Assembly: GCA_000091205.1 (NCBI GenBank)
Contig: AP006489.2
DNA length: 64,000 nt
Strand: one strand, 5' to 3'
DNA from: Cyanidioschyzon merolae
Lineage: Eukaryota
The notes below the pieces were generated by a model. The model saw only the letters and a program-made list of their open reading frames with translations. It was not told where the DNA came from and made no database searches. Both the position numbers and the translations under genes were made by a program. This document shows positions 34,080 through 46,456 of this stretch, piece by piece. Every line of letters begins with the position of its first letter. Within the stretch, counting starts at the first letter, position 1.

Positions 34080-36617
34080 CGACGCACCAGTGGAACGGTA
34101 TCAATGCTGGTGTCTAGTTCTGTCAGTTTCCGCCTGGTGCACCTGCCGACTCCAATATCGAAAGCTCCCGGTGGACGCGGAGCGCGTTTGGATTGCCCAC
34201 CCTGTTCTCGATAACGCGGCATGTACGTGTCTACGGATTGCTTCTTCGTCTTTGCATCGTTTACGTGAATCACTGAATGCGCAAAGGCCGAACACTGCTA
34301 GCTGAAGGCGCGCATACAGGGCCCGCCCTATAGCGTCCGTGTATTGACAAGTTTCGCGATGATTCCTTATGCGCTTGGGAAGATGAACTGCCTGCCACTC
34401 GGGAGTGTATGCGCACCGTACGCGTCATCATGGACCATGCTAGGACTTGCATGTCTTCTATCTGCGACTTTGTTTATCGAGGTATCCGAGCAGAAAATCA
34501 CCAATCGATTTTTCGTGGCGTCCGCGTCTTGTATGGAGGAACGCGATACCCCGATTCTGTCTAGGTTGTAGGAGGCGGTGCAAACCAGGATCACGGACAG
34601 TGCACCGCCAGAAATGCTGGTAACAACGCTTTTCGGCCTGGCATGGGGCTGCATCGCACGCACCATGTCGCAAGCGTTGTTGTCCGGATCACGGACGTCT
34701 TCATCAGTTCTGTTTGGAGCGCGCTTTGGGACGCTGGCGAGTGATGAAACTCATCGAGGAGGCTGCATGCCCACGAATCGTCCTTGGAGGTCATTGCCGA
34801 CCCTGGGTGGAATATTCATGTCAGCAGTGACTGCCGTGGCGCTCGTTCGAAGCCACCTCGCCGAATTTTGCGTTCATGCTTGTTGTGTGAGCATGAACGA
34901 ATTCTAGGCTCTTTCGAAGTTTGCGTCATAAAACGGGATACCCGCGGAAGCGCGCATAGGCACGGATACGTTGCCGGGCAGCTGCCGCTTCCGCTACACT
35001 CGTGTTAGATTCAAATAGAAACCCGAATAACTCGTTCCGTTGCTGTCGCTCGATATTTTTCTGAGTTTCTACAACACGTGTAGACTTGATATTCGACGTG
35101 CAGCGGTATAGGCGTACGGATTCGTACGTCATTCTAGGGGGCTCGGTCGTGTACTCGGTGAGGCTTCTTCTTCGATAATTTGCAGCTGGAATGCGTTCCG
35201 TCACTGGCATCAAGATCATTCGCAATGCCTTCGACGTCATGTACGTAAAATAACCGACATCATGATCCAAGGCTTCCATGCAAGCTTCCAATCTTCTCCT
35301 TTATTCATGTGTAACATGATCCGATCGCGCATGCTTCAAGTTATCGATCTTTCCGTTTCGTGACGAGTCGTGAGCACAGAAACCCGAGCTGCTGCATTGA
35401 TGAGGAGAGGATTTTTCAAGAGATCGTTCTGTGGCGACTTGTCCGCGAGCGTATGCCTCAGCTTCAGTGAGCTTTTCATGACATATCCGGCTCCCACGGG
35501 ATAGGCTCCCAGGGGCTCCCGTCTCGCTTTTTCCAACGGAATACCGTCTTGGACTCGGACTTGAGTCATCGCAGCGCTCGCGTAGGATGGAGCATGCGTG
35601 ACCGCTTCATACCAAGGAAGCGTACACAGATCGAAATCGCTCGAGTTGTTCTCCATCCTGGATTCCCGTTCCGATACTTGTTCCATCATGGACAGCATCG
35701 CACTCCATAAATTATCTATGAATCGGAACGGCGTGCGCTGGCGTGTCACATAGAGAACGTTCTCGCCGGGGCGTTTGCCCAGAACAAACCCCTGCTCGCA
35801 ATACCCATTTCCAGTCGCTGAAACCGAGGACTACATCGACGCACGCCTTCCGTACCCGTCAAGCGCATCTACCAAGCAATGAAGCAAGCGTTCACGCGCC
35901 ATGAGGCAGGCCTCGGAAGCGTATTTGTGGCAAGCACTTGGAAGCACCAGCTCACAGCAACGTCTCATGGCTACAAAGATCGCATCGAGGCTGCTTCTAA
36001 CGAAGTTTGCAAATCGGATGCAAGACGCAGATCCCAACTTGCTCCAACGCCATGTAACGCATCGACAACAGTCGGACGTAGCGGACTCGATTCATTACCC
36101 CTCCTAGCAATACCCGTCGACTGCTGATCATACAGTTGGTGTGATCGGAGAAAACGCCAAATCAGAAGCATCGTACACAAACGAGGTCGCAGAATCCGTA
36201 ACGAAGAAAAAAGCCCAAGTACGCTGACCCTATTCGCACTAGAACTCGACCCGAACGATAAGAATACACGCCCAGTCCACAAGACCTTTCCCGTTATCTT
36301 CCGATGAGCGTATAACGCGCCGTCTTGTCTATGAACGCCCTCGAGTGGCGATCAAAACACGTTCCTGGGCTTCATGGAGCGCTCCCAACACCGAGGACTC
36401 GGCTCACATAGCGCTCGCCACAGCGCGCCTCACGTCCACTGAATCATGACAGCTCATGCCACGCACTCAGTACTCCATAGAACCTATGAAACGACCAGTA
36501 TATCCGACAAGAAGTACAAGTCATGGAACTTGGAAGTAGGGCGTGAAACAACGAACGCTTTACCATGCACTGATATCCAGCGCCTAGTCGGGCAACGCTG
36601 ACCTGTGTGTTCACATT

Positions 36618-38660
36618 TTGTCCACTGAAGAGAGAAACGTCGAATCACCATCTCGGCTGCAAAGCACGAGCGCCACCCCAGCAACCCCGCTAACGAGGAC
36701 TCCTACCATCGCCTGTTCTCCTGGCTTTTGTGCAGCGCGGCTCGTACGCCTGAGTACAATTGGGCGTAAACTGGCGACGTTCTGGGACCGAGGTTACACC
36801 AGGGTGCTTGTGATGCGTACCGGCTTTCTGCCGACGGTGACGCTCGGTCGCTGGCAGCCGCTGCCTCCAAGCCGTGCCTTTGCCTGGCGACGGTGCGTGA
36901 ATCACCGACTTGCCAAGTTTGCAAAACATTCGCTTCTTTTCGGCGGTGCAACTGCTGAGGCGTCATCGTCAATATCATCATCATGGACGCAACGTGCTGA
37001 TACCTGGGCAATGAGCGACGTTTGGCGGCGGCAGTTTCCGAACGCGACCGCCAGCCAGTGGCACATGCGCTTCGGTGAAAGCGTGACAACGTCCTCCGTG
37101 GAGCAACTGCTCGATGAACTTGTACGCAAGTACGAAACGCAGGTCGAGGCTGCACCTGGCACCCCAGCGGATACCTCTCCGACACCAGCACAGCTGATTC
37201 AAAAAGTTATCGAGTTTTTGCGCGGGCTCGGATTATCTGTGGAGGACGCTGGACGCGTCATCCATAAACGACCGCAGATCTTGCGTCTTTCCCTCAAAAG
37301 CCAGGCAGCGCCTATCATCCATTTTCTGGTTCGCGACCTAGGTTTGACGGACGCGCAGGTTCGACGCGCTGTGCGACATGCGCCCCAGATATTTGAGCAA
37401 CCGCTCGACCTGCTTCGAAGCAATGCTCGTTATCTTTCGAGACCTACGAGCCGGAGAGCCCTGGCACTGCGTATCGCAGATGACACCGTAGCCTCACATG
37501 CGACAAGTGACCCAGCGGACTCAGTGGAGCGCTCGGTAGCTAGTGCGGCGGTGTCGAGCGACCACGGGACGTTCACAACCAGCGCAAATGAGGATGATGA
37601 GGACGGGGATGCTCGCAAACCTCACCAGAACAATGACCTCGTCGCTGGTGAAAGCACTGCTTCGAACGACTCTTCGTCGTCTGCGATGGAAGCATTGAGC
37701 TTTGGTCGACGTCAGCTTGCGAGAGCGGTCGCCAAGTGCCCTGGTATTCTCTGGCGGTCGCCAGCGACGATGGCGCGTATGGTGTATTTCTTTCGATCAG
37801 AAATGGGTTGCAATGCACGCGAGACAGCGCACGTGCTTTCACTGGTACCGCAGCTGCTGCTTCGCTCTCCCGACGAGCTGTTACCGCAGGTGTCCTGGCT
37901 GCGTCGTCATCTCCGACGAAAAGCCGCAGATGGAAACGGCGCTATCGCGCCAAACCAGCGCGACTTGGCGCGGCTGGTGGTCCAGTATCCCACATCGTTA
38001 CTACTGGACCCGATGGAGACCATGCAACCGCGTTTGGACTATTTAAGAGATCACTTTGGAGTGTCTGATTTCCGTCGCTGCCTCTTGAATTCGCCCACTG
38101 TGCTGGAAGCGAGCATCGAGCGGGACTTGGCGGGATTCAAACGGGTCTTGGTGGACTCCATCGGCTTTGCTAGCGATGATCCAGCGCTCGCTACGATTGC
38201 TACCAAGGTTCCGAAATTCTTCCACACCCGACCGCAACTGATATTCGAGTTTCTCACCAGGGAGGCCGGTTTGGACCCTGCGGAGGCACGCACGTGCTTG
38301 GCGCTTGCGCCTACCCTGGTCCTGTTATCGGGGCGGCGGGGCCAGTCGGTGCCCTCTTTCGGGACCCATCTGTTTCCGTATCTGCATTTTTGTACGCAAG
38401 TGCTGGGCCGTTCGCTCGTGGACGTGCTACGCATTGCACCTGATTTCCTTACCATGGACGTGGAGCGACGTCTGATTCCGCGGTACGCCTTTGCGAAAAG
38501 CCGGCTCACGAGTCACGAATGGCAAGCTTTGAAGCTCCACGACTTGCTCTGCTCATCTACGAGTCGCTTCTGTGAACACGTGATGCATGTGCCCGTTTCC
38601 GAGTATCAACGCTATGTGCAGAGTGGCAAATGGTTGTTGTTTTATTTGCAGATCTTGTGA
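36618..38660 (+). CDS. mTERF-family protein (mitochondrial transcription termination factor-like repeats)
   Basis: Repeated mTERF motifs are present: 'VIEFLRGLGLSVEDAGRVIHKRPQILRLSLKSQAAPIIHFLVRDLGLTDAQVRRAVRHAPQIF', and later 'LDYLRDHFGVSDFRRCLLNSPTVL' and 'FLTREAGLDPAEARTCLALAPTLVL'. The true start is probably a downstream Met. Confidence 0.68.
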   Translation: MSTEERNVESPSRLQSTSATPATPLTRTPTIACSPGFCAARLVRLSTIGRKLATFWDRGYTRVLVMRTGFLPTVTLGRWQPLPPSRAFAWRRCVNHRLAKFAKHSLLFGGATAEASSSISSSWTQRADTWAMSDVWRRQFPNATASQWHMRFGESVTTSSVEQLLDELVRKYETQVEAAPGTPADTSPTPAQLIQKVIEFLRGLGLSVEDAGRVIHKRPQILRLSLKSQAAPIIHFLVRDLGLTDAQVRRAVRHAPQIFEQPLDLLRSNARYLSRPTSRRALALRIADDTVASHATSDPADSVERSVASAAVSSDHGTFTTSANEDDEDGDARKPHQNNDLVAGESTASNDSSSSAMEALSFGRRQLARAVAKCPGILWRSPATMARMVYFFRSEMGCNARETAHVLSLVPQLLLRSPDELLPQVSWLRRHLRRKAADGNGAIAPNQRDLARLVVQYPTSLLLDPMETMQPRLDYLRDHFGVSDFRRCLLNSPTVLEASIERDLAGFKRVLVDSIGFASDDPALATIATKVPKFFHTRPQLIFEFLTREAGLDPAEARTCLALAPTLVLLSGRRGQSVPSFGTHLFPYLHFCTQVLGRSLVDVLRIAPDFLTMDVERRLIPRYAFAKSRLTSHEWQALKLHDLLCSSTSRFCEHVMHVPVSEYQRYVQSGKWLLFYLQIL

Positions 38661-41111
38661 GCGACCGCACTGCGACACCCGTGAGTTGTTCGATGCGACG
38701 GGCAGCGGGGCATCGCTTCCGCCGCACCTTGACCCATCAGGCGGGTGCTGCGGCTGGGCGTATCGTCGACGGCCGCACCGCAGACGCGAGCGTCTCGACG
38801 AGCTCACTAGCTGCTGCCTTCTGCATGATGATGTTGACGGTTCGCTGCTATGGACGGGAGGCGTGCTGTGCGGTTGGCAAACGCACGTCACTGGCGATCG
38901 CCAGACCCAAAAGGCGTAAGCAGAAGCGCGTTTTTGTCGCATTCATGCGGTGCGTCGACTCGCGTCCGCTGCTCCCTATCCCGGAGCAGTACATTTTGCA
39001 TTGGAAGGTCCCCGAACGAGCCTATGTTGTGAGCATCGTAAACCAAACGGATCCTGGTAGCGCCGTATCCCGATTTGAGCGAATCCCGGGGCCGGAAAGC
39101 ACCGTCACCGCTGTTGTATGCGAAAGTCGGTGATGTGTCGTGGATGGGCGCTAGACTGTGGGCCTGCGCAGGCGACCGGAAAAGCGATACGCTGCCGTCT
39201 AGATGACGGATATCGCGACTTGAGCGCACGTCCGTCACTGGGCTCCATTGGTGGAGTCGTGTCTGGGATGAACCGCCTGCGCCACTGATACCATCAAGGC
39301 GCTATCTCGGGCGGTTTTGTGCAGTCCTTCGCGTAAACTCTGGTTCACTCTCGCATGCACCGAGCTGGTGTCTTGGTGTAACCGAACTCGGCGAGCGACA
39401 TGTCAACATGTGCTTTGGAGATCGCGTGTTGCGGGCGTGGCCTCGGTTATCCTCGATCGAATACGAAACCGCTTACACCGGCTACAAGCGGCGGTGATTC
39501 ATACTCCTGGTGAGAAACGCCACGCGGGCACCGGTATCAGCAGCAGGAGGAGATGCAGACGAAACGTTTGCCGCCATGCCGTTCCCAAACCAGAAGCGAC
39601 TTGCCTGGCATTTGTTGCGACCGCCCGAGGCAGCGACCTGGTCGAGAAATTGCAACAGGCGTGAAAAGGCAACCATCGTTCACGAGCAGTGAAGTCTGGA
39701 ATACCAACGCAAGCACGTCCTTGTTGTTTTTCAGCTTGTTCTTGTCGTAGGTATTTCGTAAAGGGATTGGATTCCATGGATTTGGCAAATGTCGCGAAAA
39801 CGAAACTTGATGCTGTTGTTCCTTGGTTGCGAAAACGGCTTTATTCTTCCGAGTCGATCATAGCATGATGAGCAGATGCACGAACTGGTGCTGTCGTGGA
39901 CAGCATCGTTCACTCAAAACAGCACTTGTCAAATGCGATGGCCATAACCGTCTCCTCGTGAATTTATCCAGAGTCATACGTTCTCTCAGAATGACGATCG
40001 ATCGACGAGAGCGTTGGATGAGAAGTACGCTGCGTCCAGTTGCAACGAACGGTGATAAAAAGACCCGGACGGATAACGAACAAGAAAGCATGGGTCTTTG
40101 AAAAACCGTTGCAGGTTGAAAAGACACCAACGTGGTCGTACGAAAACGCGGACGACTATTCCAGGGGAGACAGATGCTCGACGAACGCCCTGAGAGGTTC
40201 ATCCGGAGGTACGGTGGATTCATGTCTATGGGAATTCAAGGAGGATCAAACCAGTGATTATAAAGAAGAGAAGCGCGAGCATTCCGACAACTTCAGCTCT
40301 AGCAGTGCTTGACAGGTGCAGTCGCCAACGAACTGCCAAACGCATAGGATCGTTCGACGACAAGTAGTTTTTCGAAGCAGCCTTCTTGGCTGCTTCATTC
40401 CATCTTATTCTGCCTTGCACATAGCAAAACGTCGCTTTCCATAAATCAAAAGCGTCAAATTCGTATGCAGTTCAAACTGGCAGTGCACCGAGCTTTGTAC
40501 CAATTCATTGCCCTTGATTCAGTCCAATCGAAGACATTTTTACTCTTTTCAAACGACTTTTTGTACGCTCACGAATCCATAGACGAGTCGTTTGCATCCA
40601 TGACGCCGTTCTTGGACAAGCCGTTCTCTTCCAGCGCCAGTGATCAAATGCCCTGTTACCGCTCTGCCCGTACACAGGAGCGGGGGTACGGAAAGGCGTG
40701 CTTCCGTCTGTGTGCAGATCGGCAATGGAGGACCTGACGAAAGGGTACTTGATGGATCTTGGAATCATCTATAGACAGAAAAGGTGAACGCCAGTTTCAC
40801 TGTCCATCGGGCGGGTCTGAAACTAGAGGAATAGAAAACGGATAAATAGCAGGTTAACTAGATGGATATAGAATCGTCAAGTCAACGAAAAGGCGAGGGA
40901 ACTCCCTCACGAAGAAGGGATACATCTTCGAGAAAAGACGACGAAGGTGACCAGGATCGACGAACTCTCGAAGCGCAAAGATGAGTCTGGAGTCATTGCG
41001 TTGGTCTCCCGAAGAATATACGTCAACGGGGAGAGACTTCGAAACAGCGATATGCAGGACGCCACCAGGAAACTTTCAGGATCTCACTCGAGATGTTTCG
41101 TCTCGAGTATC

Positions 41112-42405
41112 TCGAATTGAGGTACCTCGTTACGAAGACATTCGCAGGGTTTCCGCTCGTTTCGTTGCCAGCTGTTCACATGCTTCCGGAAGTTTTCGAT
41201 CAAACCCTTTATGCGACATCACAACGGATGATCGTAGAATTAACAGTGCACACATGCGCTTCCCAGAATACCTTGACACGTTACCGCACCACATCGGCGT
41301 TTAGAACATCCACCGTGCAGGTTGTCACAGAGGATCCATTAGGGCTCGGCAACAAGATGCGGGTCCATACAGCGCACTTCATGCGGCAAACGATACGGGC
41401 ATTATACCGTAACCTCGCTCGTCGATCATAGCAGGAAACGGCGGAAGGAATTCTCACTGTGTCGTTGGAGACAAATGACGAGCTGGTTATGGCGGAAGCG
41501 ATATCGCAACGAAAGCGAGAATCGCTTCAGAGCGTCCAAACGCATCATGGCGCTTGGCATACGATCGTACGGATGAACATGGCACACAAAGGAAGGTCGC
41601 AACGGAATGACTTTCTTCGTTGTACCTTGCGCTTCCACGTCATCCAGAACAGAGCGTTTCCTGTCAAGCGTATGTGAGCGTCCACACACGGCTCCTGTGC
41701 CCGGTCTTTGGCAAGCGTCCATGAGATGACGCTAGTGCCGCCAGCAATATCGGTTGCACGCGGACAAGAAGCCGGCATCCGTTGTGTTCTTAGATGAGTT
41801 GAAACTGGCACTGACCCGAAAGCCGCGATTGTTTGCGCCCCAGCCTATGACACTGCACATGCGGCAGCGTATAAAGGCTGTACTGATGCCCCTTCGGCGG
41901 GCGCATAGCGCGCTCGTAAATGATCCGACTGCCTACAGTGCCTGTCGACGCCTTTAGGACGAAATATAGGCATCACGTGCTCAGATGCACGCTGAAATAC
42001 CTAGACAGGCTGTGCCAGAAACAGCATTGTCCCCATGAAATGATGCCCCAGCAGTCGACTGAGCATCACACAGCACGCTATGCAGAGGCTGGCGGCCCGC
42101 TACAGTGTGACTCCATCTGCAACCTTGCGCGCAGGCATTACGCGTTTCGTCACAGACTTGAACGACTCGATCAGCATCCAGAACTTTCTCGTGCTTCCGC
42201 AGCGTCCAGCGCCTCTGTATCTAGCAAACATACGAGACTGCTGTATCGTACACCGTGTAGATATTGTGCTGAAACGCTGCGTACTTGCGATGAAAAGCAA
42301 TCTCATCATCCAGTCTAGGTCCAATTCGATTCCCATCTGTGCAGCACAGCATGCTTCCGTTCAGTGCAAGCAATGCCAACAAGAGCCATGTACCGCCGAA
42401 TATAC
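41112..42405 (+). repeat. Inverted-repeat element, copy 1 (~1.29 kb), partner at 54790-56074
   Basis: Reverse-complement identity to copy 2 across the whole length. Embedded ORFs 41093..41431, 41426..41722, 41920..42318 and 42080..42415 have identical or near-identical twins at 55764..56144, 55473..55769, 54877..55275 and 54756..55115. The coordinate sum is constant at 97195. None of these ORFs has a recognisable domain. Confidence 0.9.
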
Positions 42406-42823
42406 AAATCGGTAACGATTTTCCCGGGCGACCCACGATGGAACAAATATGTTCCATGGCAAGATACCGCAGGGTACATACATGCAGCAATTGCACTGCA
42501 CCGACCTACCTCGAGCGAGCAGTCGCGCTTCGACTCCGGCGACGACCAGGCACTCCATAGCAGAGCGTTAACACCAAACCCGCCGTCTCGATAAACATCG
42601 AAAGCGCGTACCGCACGTACCGTCACGCGGCTACTTCAGCTCGAACCATTGCGCCTGAGTCGAAACATTCACGCTGCCCTGCTCAGCATCCGTACAGATA
42701 CCAGACATGACGTTGTGTTCGAACGTTACAGCAGCTACGACTACGACAACTACGGAATCTCCGCTATGTGCATGTCGATTCGAGATGCACCCATCCAATC
42801 CGTATGTTTGATCTTGCAGCGAT

Positions 42824-44722
42824 TTACGGCTCCATCATGTGCGGGTAGCGCCAGTCGTCAGGCGGTAGAAAACTTTCCTTGATGGCTCGTGCACTCGTCC
42901 AACGCAGTAAATTCAGCACGCTGCCGCTTTTGTCATTGGTACCACTCTGACGCGCGCCTCCAAACGGCTGCTGACCCACAATCGATCCGGTGCACTTGTC
43001 GTTGATGTAGAAATTGCCTGCTGCATCGCGTAAGCGATCCGTCAGGGCCATCACCGCGCTGCGCTCTCGAGCAAATATTGCACCCGTCAACGCATAATCC
43101 GTCCCGTACAGGGCGTGATCCAACGCTGACTCCATTTCAGTGTCCCGATAGACATAGACGGTGAGCACTGGACCGAAGATCTCCTCTCGCATGGTGACAA
43201 AATCGGGATCTCGGGTCTCGATCAGTGTTGGCTGGATGAAATAGCCGACACGATCGTCGCATGAACCACCGTGGATAATCTTCGCGACGGGATTCATTTG
43301 CTGTGACGCAGTCCGAGCTTGTTCAATGTAGTTTCGGATTCGCTCGAAGGCCTGGCGATTGATGACTGCAGACATGAAAATCGAGAAATCCTCCACTGGG
43401 CCCTGTTTGATCTGCTGCATCTCGCGAACCAGGCGATCACGCAGTGTTGGCCAGAGCGACGACGGTACGTACAATCGAGAGGTGGCCGAGCACTTCTGGC
43501 CCTGGTACTCAAAGGCTCCGCGGATGGTATGTGGTACGACCCAGTCCAGATCTGCGCTGGGGTGCACAAAGTGAAAATTCTTACCGCCGGTTTCGCCCAC
43601 AATGCGAGGGTAATTGCGATAATGCGGGAGGTTGCTCGCAACCTGTTGCCAAATCGTGCGGAATGTTCGCGTGCTCCCAGTGAAATGGACACCCGCCAGT
43701 GCTGGATGCTGGAGGCAGGCACGACTGAACGATGGTCCGTCTCCGGGAAGGAACTGGATCACACCCTCGGGGAGGCCCGCTTCCCGCAGAACCTGATACA
43801 CAAACCACGAACTCAGTTCGGTGTTCGGTGACGGCTTCCAAAGTGCCACATTGCCCATGATCGCCGGGCTGCTCGGCAGGTTCGCCCCTATCGCAGTAAA
43901 ATTGAAGGGGCTTATTGCCGCCACAAAACCCTCGAGCGGGCGCCATTCCAGCCGGTTCCAAACACCACGAGGAAAGTGCTCCGGCGGCTGCATATTGTAA
44001 ATCTCGCGCATGTACTTGACCCCGAAACGCCAAAAGTCTATCGTTTCGACCGCGGCATCGATTTCAGCCTGCCATACGTTCTTTGATTGGCCAAACATCG
44101 TTGCGGCATTGAGTCGATATCGATATTTTTGAGAGGCAAGTTCAGCAGCTTTTAGAAAGATAGCTGCACGCTCGTCGGCAGGCGTTCGACTCCAGCGCTC
44201 GCGAGCCTCCAATGCGCCCTGAATCGCTTTCTGTACCAGTTGGCCGTCGAGCGGGCGGTACAACGCAATCACTCGCCGGTGATCGTGAGGCATGACCTGT
44301 TCTACGGGTTCAGCATCATCAAAGTATTCCTTACCGTTGACAACGCAAGGTACACGAACGGGAAACTGGCTTTTCAGAGCTTCCAGCTCTGCTTTGAGCG
44401 CTGCCCGCTCCCTCGATCCGGGCGCATAGTGTTTGTACGTTTCGTTTTCGATTGGCGGAAGCTGTGCGTTTCCCAAAATATGTCCGAACGCATTCAGCGC
44501 TCCCACACTACCGACAGCAGCAGCACTTGGCGTCGGTGCATCAGCAACAGAGGTGCGAACCGTGCGATGCTGGAGCGCGCGCTTCGAAAGCTGCTCGGGC
44601 GCTGCTCGTCGCTGTTTCCATGCTTTGCCTGAAGTTGCGCTCAGTAACGCTCCGGGTAGTTGTAAGCGTGCTCCTAGATTGCGCACTTGGTAAATAGCAG
44701 GCATAACCTTTCCAAACTCCAT
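42824..44722 (-). CDS. ALDH4A1: Delta-1-pyrroline-5-carboxylate dehydrogenase (ALDH4-type, proline catabolism)
   Basis: Full-length ALDH-superfamily collinearity with P5CDH-like N-terminal region and aldehyde dehydrogenase catalytic motifs ('FTGSTRTFRTIW', 'ETGGKNFHFVHPSADLD', 'EYQGQKCSATSRLYV', 'EIFGPVLTVYVY'). Confidence 0.85.
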   Translation of the reverse strand: MEFGKVMPAIYQVRNLGARLQLPGALLSATSGKAWKQRRAAPEQLSKRALQHRTVRTSVADAPTPSAAAVGSVGALNAFGHILGNAQLPPIENETYKHYAPGSRERAALKAELEALKSQFPVRVPCVVNGKEYFDDAEPVEQVMPHDHRRVIALYRPLDGQLVQKAIQGALEARERWSRTPADERAAIFLKAAELASQKYRYRLNAATMFGQSKNVWQAEIDAAVETIDFWRFGVKYMREIYNMQPPEHFPRGVWNRLEWRPLEGFVAAISPFNFTAIGANLPSSPAIMGNVALWKPSPNTELSSWFVYQVLREAGLPEGVIQFLPGDGPSFSRACLQHPALAGVHFTGSTRTFRTIWQQVASNLPHYRNYPRIVGETGGKNFHFVHPSADLDWVVPHTIRGAFEYQGQKCSATSRLYVPSSLWPTLRDRLVREMQQIKQGPVEDFSIFMSAVINRQAFERIRNYIEQARTASQQMNPVAKIIHGGSCDDRVGYFIQPTLIETRDPDFVTMREEIFGPVLTVYVYRDTEMESALDHALYGTDYALTGAIFARERSAVMALTDRLRDAAGNFYINDKCTGSIVGQQPFGGARQSGTNDKSGSVLNLLRWTSARAIKESFLPPDDWRYPHMMEP

Positions 44723-44865
44723 CGGTCCCCGTCTCTATACTTTGACTCGCCTTGCCTGAGAGCACTTTGGGCGGAATCGGAGGTGCAGCCTCTCCAAGCG
44801 ATATGCGCCAGACATCGTACTCGAGGCCGTCGTTGCCGCCGCCAGCGCCACCGCCAGCGTCTTCA

Positions 44866-45327
44866 TACACCGCTGATGTGTACCTCTGATGGGAAGCGTC
44901 GACAGTGGAACACGGAAGGAGGACGATGCATAATCGATGCTTCTGTATTCGCTGGTACGGTGCGTATAATCGGGGATCACTTACACCGCTGATGTGTACC
45001 TCTGATGGGAAGCGTCGACAGTGGAACACGGAAGGAGGACGATGGATAATCGATGCTTCTGTAATCGCTGGTACGGTGCGTATAACCGGGGATCACTTAC
45101 ACCGCTGATGTGTACCTCTGATGGGAAGCGTCGACAGTGGAACACGGAAGGAGGACAATGGATAATCGATGCTTCCGTATTCGTTGGTACGGAGCGTATA
45201 ACCGGGGATCACTTACACCGCTGATGTGTACATCTGATGGGTAGCGTCGACAGTGGAACACGGAAGGAGGACGATGGATAATCGATGCTTCTGTATTCGC
45301 TGGTACGGTGCGTATAATCGGGGATCT
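44866..45327. repeat. Satellite, 116-bp unit, 4 copies
   Basis: The unit 'cttacaccgctgatgtgtacctctgatgggaagcgtcgacagtggaacacggaaggaggacgatg(c/g)ataatcgatgcttc...ggggatca' starts at 44866, 44980, 45096 and 45212. The period is not a multiple of 3, so overlapping ORFs are artefacts. Confidence 0.9.
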
Positions 45328-45860
45328 CTGGTCTGTATGGAAACGTTCTGTCAAACAAATCGAAAAAATAGAACGCGGATCCGTTCGTCACTGCTCGTCG
45401 CGTTGTTCAGAATGCCGATGAGCAGGCGCAATGCGACACTACGGCATGCAGCGGGGATTCTGTTTTTCCAGCGGCATTCAGAGACACTCGCAACAACAAT
45501 AGCGTATGCTGGTAGACAGACTAGAAAACACAGATGTCGTTGGATGCGCAATCAATGGATCTTTTCTTCAGACGCTCCTGCTGCGCGCTGCACAAAACAG
45601 AAATCTTGCGTTTGTCGATGCCTTCGAGAGACGGCACCTGGCATGCCAGCTGCATGCTTGGCGCTGTGCCAAGCGCGCAAAAAAACGGGACCTGCAGTCC
45701 ATCAAGGTACAGAAGGGATCTTGTATTGTCAAGTGACAGGCATTTCTCGTGGAAAAACGCTCTTGCTCGAACACGTTCATCGAGACTCGTAACGATGGTG
45801 ATCGATGTGTTCACACCAAGTTGGCGCTCGCGCTGGATTCCCTGTTATGGACAGAGCGCA

Positions 45861-46035
45861 GAACACGAGGAAAACTGCATATCGACAGATTTGGTCTGTA
45901 TTTTACCACCGCTTGGCAACGATCCATCAACGCGATGGTATAGTCGCGCACAATACGAGGAAAACTGCATATCGACAGATTTGGTCTGTATTTTACCACC
46001 GCTTGGCAACGATCCATCAACGCAATCATAGAGTA
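45861..46035. repeat. Direct repeat, ~93-bp unit, 2 copies
   Basis: 'a(a/t)acgaggaaaactgcatatcgacagatttggtctgtattttaccaccgcttggcaacgatccatcaacgc' occurs twice. Confidence 0.85.
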
Positions 46036-46456
46036 TGCAGCGTTCCTCATCTGGTTATCGGTGCTGCGTGCCGAGCTTCCGTATGACGGCGGCTGTAGCA
46101 ACATTCCAAAACCGAAATCCTTCCGTGGTGCATCAGTTGCAGTGATCCCGCCCAGTGTCGAACGCGCGGATCTGATTGTCCACCAAATATCTCCAAGTAC
46201 CATCCTCGCCGCCGTCATCCTCCTCGTCCACGTCCTTCTCGTCGTCGTCATCGAGAAACATTGTGGAGGTATCTACCAAACGACACAGCGGCAGAATCAC
46301 TGTACACACCTCTGAGAATCCCTTCGAGCAGTCTCGCTGACAGGCAGCGTCAACGCACCTGTCACGCGAGCTATACGTTTATGCACGCCATTTCAGCTGC
46401 CTTCATCCTGCCTGGTATGCTTCTCCGCCGATGCGGTGGCATTAGAGTCGAAGCTT

